Of a stretch of 15,546 bases of DNA, positions 1 to 6,376 are shown in pieces. This DNA is from an uncultured Deinococcales bacterium (GTDB lineage Bacteria > Deinococcota > Deinococci > Deinococcales > JAAFIG01). Position numbers and translations under genes: made by a program. The stretch covers positions 15,177 through 30,722 of the forward strand of contig CAXTKV010000041.1 of assembly GCA_964244895.1 (NCBI GenBank), written 5' to 3'. A model generated the notes under the pieces. The model worked only from the letters and a program-made list of their open reading frames with translations, was not told the DNA's origin and did not search any database. Position 1 is the stretch's first letter, and the number at the start of each line of letters is the position of its first letter.

Positions 1-53
1 TCTCGTGCGAGAACCGATCCGTCGTCTCGTGCGAGAACCGATCCGTCGTCTCG
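1..53. repeat. 24-bp tandem repeat (TCTCGTGCGAGAACCGATCCGTCG) x2.2, possibly cut by the window edge
   Basis: Seen: 1-24 and 25-48 are identical, with a partial third unit at 49-53. Each unit begins with the palindrome TCTCG-TG-CGAGA. Confidence 0.9.
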
Positions 54-99
54 GGCCAGAGTCAACACGACCGTTCTCGAGCCTCGTTTCGATATGCGC

Positions 100-130
100 T
101 CGATGCTCGACGCGTCACTTCGAGCATCGA
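100..130. repeat. Perfect 11-bp inverted repeat (TCGATGCTCGA / TCGAGCATCGA), 9-nt loop
   Basis: Seen: 100-110 is the exact reverse complement of 120-130. Confidence 0.8.
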
Positions 131-170
131 AACCCTTCCTGATCCTCATGCTCGAGCCCTCAGATGATTG

Positions 171-220
171 GAGCACCGTTCAGCACGCAAATCAAAATCC
201 GTGTGCTGGACGGTGTTCTC
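171..220. repeat. Dispersed REP-like repeat, inverted pair forming an 18-bp stem
   Basis: Seen: GAGCACCGTTCAGCACGC (171-188) pairs with GTGTGCTGGACGGTGTTC (201-218). The three non-Watson-Crick positions are all G-U on the + strand. Same family as 9733-9792. Confidence 0.8.
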
Positions 221-261
221 GTGCATGATCACCCGAAACGCCGACCATGTGCGGTGCGCCG

Positions 262-291
262 TTGACACGGTTTTTCAAGCACTCGTATACT
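262..291 (+). promoter_or_regulatory. Sigma70-type promoter TTGACA-N18-TATACT
   Basis: Seen: perfect -35 TTGACA (262-267) and 5/6 -10 TATACT (286-291), upstream of the + strand gene at 390. Confidence 0.75.
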
Positions 292-300
292 CGAGCCACG

Positions 301-393
301 ATGAAAACAGAGCCGTGCAATCCATCCGCATCCTGCCGCCGCATGGAATCAATCCTGGGCGGCTTCACATTGAAAGGGGCGTGCTGGGCGTGA
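301..393 (+). CDS. Putative 30-aa upstream ORF / leader peptide (MKTEPCNPSASCRRMESILGGFTLKGACWA)
   Basis: Hand translation. The ATG lies 9 nt after the -10 box, and the TGA (391-393) overlaps the downstream GTG start (GTGA). No homology evidence. Confidence 0.25.
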   Translation: MKTEPCNPSASCRRMESILGGFTLKGACWA

Positions 394-752
394 AAGTCGT
401 GCTTTCAAGCGAAGAAATTCTGCGCGGACTCAAGCACTATCGTCGCATCGCCAAGCAGGACGTGCTGCGCGCCCCGGAGACGCCCAGCCCGGATGCCTTC
501 CTGGTTCACGCCGAAGCGAGGCGCGAGGTCTACGGTGAACTCGCCGAGATGGCCGAGAAGGTCGCACCCGAAGATGTCGTGGATCGCGCGCTGGACATGT
601 ACAAGACGCTGCCGTTCCTGAACGGAACCGCCGAGGATGCGCACGCGGATTACAAGGGCAAGGAAAACGCCTTGGAGAATTTCTTCTTGATGATCGGCCT
701 GGACCCGAAAGTTCGCCGCGAGGCTCGGCGCGAACGCAAACCGCTCGAGTAA
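390..752 (+). CDS. Conserved hypothetical protein, about 120 aa (Deinococcus/Thermus-like; LKHYRRIAKQD...KGKENALENFF)
   Basis: 3' part of ORF 168..752 with coding-like codon usage. GAAAGGGG RBS at 372-379 precedes GTG 390, and the gene is flanked by a promoter and a terminator. The resemblance to Deinococcota hypotheticals is from recollection, not from a search. Confidence 0.8.
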   Translation: MKVVLSSEEILRGLKHYRRIAKQDVLRAPETPSPDAFLVHAEARREVYGELAEMAEKVAPEDVVDRALDMYKTLPFLNGTAEDAHADYKGKENALENFFLMIGLDPKVRREARRERKPLE

Positions 753-770
753 CCCGATCAAATTGATGCC

Positions 771-798
771 AGGACACCCGCGAGGGTGTCTTTTTCTT
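771..798 (+). terminator. Rho-independent terminator with GCGA (GNRA) tetraloop
   Basis: Seen: GACACCC (773-779), GCGA loop, GGGTGTC (784-790), then TTTTTCTT, about 20 nt after the TAA at 752. Confidence 0.85.
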
Positions 799-802
799 GA
801 TG

Positions 803-869
803 TTCGAGAAACTCCGTCCGGCGCGCAGATTCATGCGCTCGAGAAACACTGCCCAGGACGGTGGTTTTT
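803..869. repeat. Two degenerate copies of the dispersed REP-like repeat
   Basis: Seen: TTCGAGAAACTCCGTCCGGCGCG (803-825) and CTCGAGAAACACTGCCCAGGACGGTGGTTTT (from 838). Confidence 0.55.
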
Positions 870-950
870 ATTTTGATGATCGAACTGCTCGATCGTTCTC
901 CGGATGAAGGGGCGCTGCAAATTCGTTCGGCGCGCATGGCGCGATCGATG

Positions 951-1093
951 AGACCTGCTGTGAAAGTAATCGAACACGTCCTGAGGTGGGGTAGGGACAA
1001 GCCCTACCCCTCCAAAACCTTGCCCTGTAGGGGCAACCTTGATGGTTGCCCTCGCGTCAACACCTTCTGGGGACTGACTTTCGCAGGAGGTCT
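951..1093. mobile_element. MITE-like non-autonomous element, 143 bp, with 17-bp imperfect terminal inverted repeats and two internal REP-type hairpins
   Basis: Seen: AGACCTGCTGTGAAAGT (951-967) vs ACTTTCGCAGGAGGTCT (1077-1093), 15/17 inverted match. Internal hairpins are GGGGTAGGG-ACAAG-CCCTACCCC (988-1010) and GTAG+GGGCAACC-TTGAT-GGTTGCCC (1027-1051). No transposase in the window. Confidence 0.55.
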
Positions 1094-1203
1094 GTGCCTC
1101 CCTAAAAGAAAGGCATTCTTCAAGATTTGGATATTTCAGCCGCGATCTCGAGCTTCGCTTCTCGTGCAACGCGAGTCTCGGGCAGGCCGTTCGTGCTCGA
1201 GTT

Positions 1204-1671
1204 TCATTCAGCCTCCGATGGCTGAATCGGGCGGTTCTCGAAGGCGGTAGACAGCGTCACCAGCGTGGTCGTTCGAGCCACGCCGGGAACCTGCTTGATG
1301 CGGTACAGCAGTTGCTCCAGGCTGTGCGGGTCGTGGCTGCGCACCTTGAGGATCACGTCCACGTCCCCGGCGACGCTGTGGCATTCCTCGACTTCCGGGA
1401 ACTGAATGAAATTCGGTGCGACCGCCATGCAATTCGTCTGGTTTTCCAGCCGAATTTGAATGAAGGCCAGCGTGGATAAGCCCAGCGCGTCCGGGTTGAT
1501 TTTCGTGCCGTAACCCGCGATCAGGCCGCGCTTCTCGAGCTTTTTGACCCTGTCGTGTACGCTCGCGGCGGCCAGCCCGACCTGCGTTCCAATTTCTTGG
1601 TACGTTTGACGGGAATCGTGTTGCAGCGCCATCAGGATGGCGCGGTCGGTGGTGTCAATCGGACTGGTCAT
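1204..1671 (-). CDS. Lrp/AsnC family transcriptional regulator
   Basis: N-terminal HTH (DRAILMALQHDSRQTYQEIGTQVGLAAASVHDRVKKLEKRGLI) and RAM domain (PEVEECHSVAGDVDVILKV). Start placed at ATG 1671, 7 nt after a TAAGCT -10 box. Confidence 0.95.
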   Translation of the reverse strand: MTSPIDTTDRAILMALQHDSRQTYQEIGTQVGLAAASVHDRVKKLEKRGLIAGYGTKINPDALGLSTLAFIQIRLENQTNCMAVAPNFIQFPEVEECHSVAGDVDVILKVRSHDPHSLEQLLYRIKQVPGVARTTTLVTLSTAFENRPIQPSEAE

Positions 1672-1678
1672 GCCGAAC

Positions 1679-1763
1679 AGCTTACCGAACAAAATTCGGC
1701 AATTCAAGTAATACACCGGATGGCGTATTGAATTGGTTCAAAACGACCGGATAGACTTCGTGT
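1679..1763. promoter_or_regulatory. Divergent promoter region with two leaderless-type -10 boxes and palindromic operator candidates
   Basis: Seen: - strand TAAGCT (1684-1679) 7 nt before ATG 1671. + strand TTGAAT (1728-1733)-N18-TAGACT (1752-1757) 6 nt before ATG 1764. Palindromes CCGAA-CAAAA-TTCGG (1685-1699) and CAATTCAA/TTGAATTG (1700-1707/1728-1735). Confidence 0.65.
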
Positions 1764-2732
1764 ATGAGTCAGTCGGTCGCGGTTCCTGTCCCTTCCTCGA
1801 ACCGCGACCGCTGGCTCATCCCGTTCAGTCTGGCAGCGGTCTACCTGATCTGGGGCAGCACCTACCTGGCGATTCGTTTCGTGGTCAAGGATGTCCCGCC
1901 GTTCGCGGCCATGGGTGCGCGCTTCGTGGTCGCGGGCTTGATCCTGTACGCGATCCTGCGCGTCGGTGGCGCCAGAAACCCATCCGGTCGTCAGGTCTGG
2001 AACGCGGCGCGGGTCGGCGTGTTCTTAATGGTCGGCGGCATGGGCCTGGTCGCGCTCGCCGAGAGCAGGGGCGTGGGTTCCGGCCTGGCGGCGACGGTGA
2101 TCGCGGTCACGCCATTGTTCGCGGCGGGCTGGAGCGCCCTCTGGGGTCAGCGTCCGCGCGGGCTCGAGCTGGTCGGGATGATCCTGGGTTTCGCGGGCGT
2201 GGCGCTGCTCTCGCTCGAGGGCGACTTCCGCGCGAACCCGTTGGGTTTGCTGCTGGTCGTGTGCGCGCCGCTGTTGTGGTCTTTCGGGAGCATCTGGTCC
2301 AAGCGCCTCTCCATGCCCGTCGGCCCGATGGCGACCGCCGTGGAGATGTCCTTCGGCGGGCTGGCGCTGGGTGCGGTCAGTCTGCTGACGGGTGAACGCG
2401 TCAACCCGGTGTTCAGCGCGCAGGCGGTGATCGCCTGGGTGTACCTGGTGACGTTCGGGTCGCTGATCGCGTTCACGGCCTACATCTTCTTGTTGGAGCG
2501 CACCCGCCCCGCCGTGGCCACGTCTTACGCTTACGTCAACCCGGTCGTGGCCGTGATTCTGGGCGTGCTGCTGGGCGGTGAGCGCGTCACGGGTTGGGCA
2601 TACGCGGCGCTGCCCGTGATTCTGGTCGGCGTCGGCGTGGTGATGTACGCGCAGAGCGCGAAGGCTGCGGGCTCGCTAAGATCGGACGCGCTGAGATCGG
2701 ACGCGCCCGAAAACGCCCGAGGCTCGCGTTGA
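1764..2732 (+). CDS. yedA: EamA/DMT family drug/metabolite exporter, YedA-like (copy 1)
   Basis: About 10 hydrophobic segments, with YedA motifs VYLIWGSTYLAIR, YLVTFGSLIAFTAY and ATSYAYVNPVVAVILG. Confidence 0.9.
   Translation: MSQSVAVPVPSSNRDRWLIPFSLAAVYLIWGSTYLAIRFVVKDVPPFAAMGARFVVAGLILYAILRVGGARNPSGRQVWNAARVGVFLMVGGMGLVALAESRGVGSGLAATVIAVTPLFAAGWSALWGQRPRGLELVGMILGFAGVALLSLEGDFRANPLGLLLVVCAPLLWSFGSIWSKRLSMPVGPMATAVEMSFGGLALGAVSLLTGERVNPVFSAQAVIAWVYLVTFGSLIAFTAYIFLLERTRPAVATSYAYVNPVVAVILGVLLGGERVTGWAYAALPVILVGVGVVMYAQSAKAAGSLRSDALRSDAPENARGSR
2674..2706. repeat. 15-bp in-frame tandem duplication (LRSDA x2) in the tail of yedA copy 1
   Basis: Seen: CGCTAAGATCGGACG (2674-2688) and CGCTGAGATCGGACG (2689-2703). 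Confidence 0.8.
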
Positions 2733-2838
2733 CCATCTCGAGAATAGACTGAATCGCGTATTCTGATGATCCCGTCTGGGCGCATACAACACCGTACCCG
2801 ACGCCTGAAACTCCAGTCATTCACCCTTCGAGGTCGAC

Positions 2839-3798
2839 GTGCCCACCGAAAACCCGCCGATTCAGCCCGCTATGCTCGAGCCTTCCGCCATCGAACCGCG
2901 CGAACGAACCGCCCCCAACGTTGACCGTTGGTTGATTCCGCTGGCGCTCGGGGCGCTGTACCTGGTCTGGGGCAGCACCTACCTGGGCATGCGGGTGGCG
3001 GTCGATGGATTCCCACCTTTTTTGATGAACGCGATCCGCTTCATCACGACCGGCACGCTGATGTACGCCTTCATGCGCTGGCGCGGCGCACCGCACCCGA
3101 ACCGCCTGGAGATCTGGAACGCGGCCCGACTCGGCGTGATCATGGTCACGGGCGGCAACGTGCTGGTGACGATTGCGCAATCGCTCGGGGTGGCGACGGG
3201 GCTTTCGGCCATCGCGGTGGCGACCGTCACGATCTGGGCGACGATCTGGAGCGCCGTCTGGGGCGTGCGCCCGCGCAAGCTCGAGCTGGCCGGATTGGGC
3301 GTCGGGCTGGTCGGGGTGCTGCTGCTCTCGCTGGAGGGGAACTTTCGGGGCGCACCGTTGGGCGCGCTGATCATCTTCTGCTCGCCGATGCTGTGGGCCT
3401 TCGGTTCGATCTGGAGCCGCCGCCTGACCTTGCCCAGCCCGATGATGTCGAGCGCCGTGCAGATGTTCGCGGGCGGGGTGTGGGCGCTTTTGATGAGCGT
3501 CGTGTTCGGTGAACGCATGGCCGGCCCTCCGCCGCTCGAGTCCGTGCTGGCGGTGGTGTACCTGATGATTTTCGGGTCGCTGATCGGCTTCAACGCCTAC
3601 ACGTACCTGCTCTCTCGGGTGCGGCCCAGCCTGGCCACGTCTTACGCTTACGTCAATCCCTTCGTGGCGCTGGCGCTCGGCACGGTTTTCTTGCACGAAC
3701 GCTTTTCCTGGAACGCGTTCGTGGCGTTGCCGTTGATCCTTTCCGGCGTCGGCTTCGTGGTCTACGCGCAGAGCATCCGTCAGAAACCCGCGCTCTAA
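2839..3798 (+). CDS. yedA: EamA/DMT family drug/metabolite exporter, YedA-like (copy 2, tandem paralogue)
   Basis: Motifs LYLVWGSTYLGMR, YLMIFGSLIGFNAY and ATSYAYVNPFVAL. GAGGT precedes GTG 2839; ATG 2872 is an alternative start. Confidence 0.9.
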   Translation: MPTENPPIQPAMLEPSAIEPRERTAPNVDRWLIPLALGALYLVWGSTYLGMRVAVDGFPPFLMNAIRFITTGTLMYAFMRWRGAPHPNRLEIWNAARLGVIMVTGGNVLVTIAQSLGVATGLSAIAVATVTIWATIWSAVWGVRPRKLELAGLGVGLVGVLLLSLEGNFRGAPLGALIIFCSPMLWAFGSIWSRRLTLPSPMMSSAVQMFAGGVWALLMSVVFGERMAGPPPLESVLAVVYLMIFGSLIGFNAYTYLLSRVRPSLATSYAYVNPFVALALGTVFLHERFSWNAFVALPLILSGVGFVVYAQSIRQKPAL

Positions 3799-3813
3799 AC
3801 GATCCCCTAAAAA

Positions 3814-3830
3814 CTCGAGAACACCGTTCC
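3814..3830 (+). repeat. Single half-copy of the dispersed repeat (CTCGAGAACACCGTTCC)
   Basis: Seen in the 45-bp spacer, directly before the RBS of the next gene. Confidence 0.65.
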
Positions 3831-3843
3831 AGAGGGAGTATCC

Positions 3844-4413
3844 TTGAAACCCACGCGAAATTTCTTGTTCCTGATCGCCAGCGCCCGAGCGGACGGCAAC
3901 ACGGAACTCCTGGCGCAGCAGGCTGCGAAGCACCTGCCCAAGGTTGCATCTCAGGTCTGGTTGCGGCTGAACGACCTGCCTTTACCGCCGTTTGTGGACA
4001 TCCGCCACAGCCTCGGTGCGTACCCGGAGCCCGTCGGTCACGCCAGGACGCTGCTCGAGGCGACGTTGAAGGCGACCGATCTCGTCTTCGTCGCGCCCGT
4101 CTACTGGTACAGCCTGCCCGCGCCCGCCAAGCGGTACCTGGACGAGTGGAGCGCCTGGATGCGCGTGCCACAACTGGACGGGCAACAGCTCGAGTTCAGA
4201 GCGCGCATGGCCGACAAGACCCTCTGGGCGATCAGCGCCTCGAGCGGCGACCCTGAAGAGGCCGAACCGCTCTTTGCCACCTTGCGCTCGAGCGCCCATT
4301 ACATGCGCGCGCGCTGGGGCGGCAGCGTGCTGGGCAACGGTTCCAAACCCGGCGACGTGCTTTTGGACGCGACCGCGCTCGAGGCCGCGAGCACACTGTT
4401 TGTGGATGGCTAA
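3844..4413 (+). CDS. NAD(P)H-dependent FMN oxidoreductase, flavodoxin-like fold
   Basis: FMN phosphate-binding loop SARADGNTELLA and motif LVFVAPVYWYSLPAPAKRYLD. AGAGGGAG RBS before TTG. Confidence 0.9.
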   Translation: MKPTRNFLFLIASARADGNTELLAQQAAKHLPKVASQVWLRLNDLPLPPFVDIRHSLGAYPEPVGHARTLLEATLKATDLVFVAPVYWYSLPAPAKRYLDEWSAWMRVPQLDGQQLEFRARMADKTLWAISASSGDPEEAEPLFATLRSSAHYMRARWGGSVLGNGSKPGDVLLDATALEAASTLFVDG

Positions 4414-4498
4414 ATGGTTCTTTGGGCATCACGCGGATTGTTGCTCGAGGCGTGCCCGTCTCTGAGTTCACTTCGAGTACCAATTCAGGAGGTGCCGC

Positions 4499-4834
4499 AT
4501 GAGCGTCTGGTCACTCAAGCCTCTCGAGAACGCGCGCCGGGACGCGGGCAAACTGTACCTGGAATTCCTGCGCGAACCCGCCATCAGCGCGGGGTTGTAC
4601 AGCCTGGAAGCGGGCAGCACCGACCCGCAAAGCCCGCATACCGAGGACGAGATTTACGTCGTGCTGGAAGGCCGCGCGAAGATTCTGGTGGGCGTGCAGG
4701 ATTTCGATCTCGCGCCCGGCGACACGGTTTACGTGCCCGCGCATCTGGAGCACCGCTTTCACAGCATCACCGAAACCCTGAAGGTCGTCGTGGTGTTCGC
4801 ACCCGCCGAGTATTCCCGGCGAGCGGCGCAATGA
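4499..4834 (+). CDS. Cupin domain protein
   Basis: Cupin metal motifs PHTEDEIYVVLEG and GDTVYVPAHLEHRF. Strong AGGAGGT RBS. Confidence 0.92.
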   Translation: MSVWSLKPLENARRDAGKLYLEFLREPAISAGLYSLEAGSTDPQSPHTEDEIYVVLEGRAKILVGVQDFDLAPGDTVYVPAHLEHRFHSITETLKVVVVFAPAEYSRRAAQ

Positions 4835-4919
4835 TTCCCGATGGGTTTATCTGGTCTGGAACCATCAACGCTGCGACCTCGAGACGTGCGGGCGGCTGGT
4901 TCGGGTTCTCGAGGATGAG

Positions 4920-4986
4920 CGAGAACACCGTCCTGCACGGTGTTTTCTTCGCATCAACAAACAGCGTCTGGGACGGTCTTCTCGAG
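4920..4986. repeat. Dispersed REP-like repeat cluster: a self-hairpin plus an inverted copy
   Basis: Seen: GAGAACACCGT-CCTGC-ACGGTGTTTTC (4921-4947), and CTGGGACGGTCTTCTCGAG (4968-4986), the reverse complement of CTCGAGAAGACCGTCCCAG. Confidence 0.8.
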
Positions 4987-5009
4987 CAGTTCAACCGAAA
5001 GGGATCACC

Positions 5010-5612
5010 GTGAACGTCGGTATTTACATCTTCGACGAGGTCGAAGTCCTGGATTTCGCCGGGCCGTTCGAGGTCTTCAGCACCGCCGCCCGCGTCAAGC
5101 GCCGCCGGGAACCGGACGCCCCGAACGCCTTCGAGGTCTTCACCGTGTCCGGTGTTGCCCTGGTTCACGCCCGAGCCGACCTGCTGGTGCAACCGCATTT
5201 CAGCCTGACGAATCACCCAAAAATAGACCTGCTGATCGTGCCGGGCGGCGTGGTCACGGCGGAACTCGAGAAACCCGACGCGATCGAGTGGATCGAGAAT
5301 ACCGACCGAAGCGCAGAACTCACCGCCAGCGTCTGCACGGGCGCGTTCCTGCTGGCCAGAGCCGGTTTGCTCGAGGGCAAGCGCGTCACGACGCACTGGG
5401 AGGACTGCGACGAGCTGGAGCGCGACTTCCCCAACCTGCGCGTCCAGCGCGGCGTTCACTGGGTGGACGAGGGGCGCATCGTGACCTCTGCAGGCATCTC
5501 TGCGGGCATCGACATGAGCCTGCACCTGGTCGAACGATTGCTGGGTCTGGAACTCGCCCAGGCCACCGCGCGGCAGATGGAATACGCCTGGCACAAACGG
5601 AGCGAATCGTGA
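5010..5612 (+). CDS. DJ-1/PfpI family protein (isonitrile hydratase / ThiJ-like subgroup)
   Basis: Motifs VEVLDFAGPFEVF, LIVPGG, nucleophile elbow SVCTGAFLLA, VTTHW and VTSAGISAGIDMSL. Confidence 0.93.
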   Translation: MNVGIYIFDEVEVLDFAGPFEVFSTAARVKRRREPDAPNAFEVFTVSGVALVHARADLLVQPHFSLTNHPKIDLLIVPGGVVTAELEKPDAIEWIENTDRSAELTASVCTGAFLLARAGLLEGKRVTTHWEDCDELERDFPNLRVQRGVHWVDEGRIVTSAGISAGIDMSLHLVERLLGLELAQATARQMEYAWHKRSES

Positions 5613-6175
5613 ACCGCAACACGACGGCCCTGATCGTGATCGACGTGCAACTCGCCTGGGACGACCTGAAACATTGGGGTGGGGCGCGCAACAACCCCGG
5701 CGCGGAAGCGAATATCGCGCGCTTGATCGCGGCTTTCCGAAAGGCTCGCGCGCCGATTTTTCACGTCCGGCACGCCAGCGCGGAACCGGGCTCGCCGCTC
5801 AGGATGGATCATCCCGGACACCAGCCGAAACCCGAGGCGCAAGAAATGAATGGCGAGCCGATCATCCTGAAGTCCGTCAACAGCGCATTTATTGGCACCA
5901 ATCTGGAAGCGCAGTTGCGCGAAACGGGGATCGCGACGGTCGTGATCTGCGGGGTTCAGACCGATCACTGCTGCACCACGACCGCGCGCATGGCGGGCAA
6001 CCTGGGTTTTGAAACGCTGTTCGTGGACGACGCCAACTGGACCTACGACCGCGTTCACCCGGACGGCACGCGCTACCCCGCTGAACTGATTCACCGCGTT
6101 CACGTCACCAGCCTTTCCAGGGAATTCGCGCAGATTCTCGATGCCGACGCCGCGATCTCGAGCATCCTGTCCTGA
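5609..6175 (+). CDS. Cysteine hydrolase (isochorismatase family)
   Basis: 3' part of ORF 4940..6175. GTG 5609 overlaps the upstream stop (GTGA). Asp-Lys-Cys triad motifs ALIVIDVQ, KSVNSAF and GVQTDHCC. Confidence 0.93.
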   Translation: MNRNTTALIVIDVQLAWDDLKHWGGARNNPGAEANIARLIAAFRKARAPIFHVRHASAEPGSPLRMDHPGHQPKPEAQEMNGEPIILKSVNSAFIGTNLEAQLRETGIATVVICGVQTDHCCTTTARMAGNLGFETLFVDDANWTYDRVHPDGTRYPAELIHRVHVTSLSREFAQILDADAAISSILS

Positions 6176-6184
6176 ACGGTGTTC
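6167..6184 (-). repeat. Half-copy of the dispersed repeat overlapping the hydrolase stop codon
   Basis: Seen: CTGTCCTGAACGGTGTTC, whose reverse complement is GAACACCGTTCAGGACAG. Confidence 0.5.
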
Positions 6185-6316
6185 ATGACTGATAACATCG
6201 TTCGGGACGCTATTTTCTACCTCGAGCGAGAGACCGCGAGGAACAGTTCGCCCTGGCTGGCGAAATCGCTCGGGCTGACGCAGTTTTTGAGCATCGAACA
6301 CTGGATCACGACCTGA
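6185..6316 (+). pseudogene. 43-aa small ORF or gene remnant (MTDNIVRDAIFYLERETARNSSPWLAKSLGLTQFLSIEHWITT)
   Basis: Hand translation. It fills most of the spacer, is co-oriented with the cluster and has host-like codons. The tail loosely resembles a GNAT C-terminal motif (inference). No clear RBS. Confidence 0.3.
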
Positions 6317-6376
6317 ACGGCATTCACACCGATTTCATGCCGCAGCCGGAGCATCGGATACCGACCGGAGGTTCCC

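Noticed and set aside
1..53. CRISPR array
   Set aside because: The units are directly adjacent with no unique spacers, there are only ~2 copies, and no cas genes are present.
168..389. N-terminal extension of ORF 168..752
   Set aside because: It runs through a repeat hairpin and the promoter. The RBS and promoter support a start near 390 (381 is possible).
758..1250. ORFs 758..1000(-), 831..1169(-) and 861..1250(+) as genes or a transposase fragment
   Set aside because: They cross the terminator, repeats and MITE-like element, show atypical composition and have no recognisable motif.
2821..3933. 370-aa antisense ORF
   Set aside because: It is a shadow of yedA copy 2. Long antisense ORFs are expected in GC-rich coding DNA.
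4940..5608. 411-aa fusion or frameshift joining the upstream frame to the cysteine hydrolase
   Set aside because: The upstream part is an Arg-rich off-frame read of the DJ-1 gene. The GTGA overlap at 5609 explains the true start, and no slippery site is evident.
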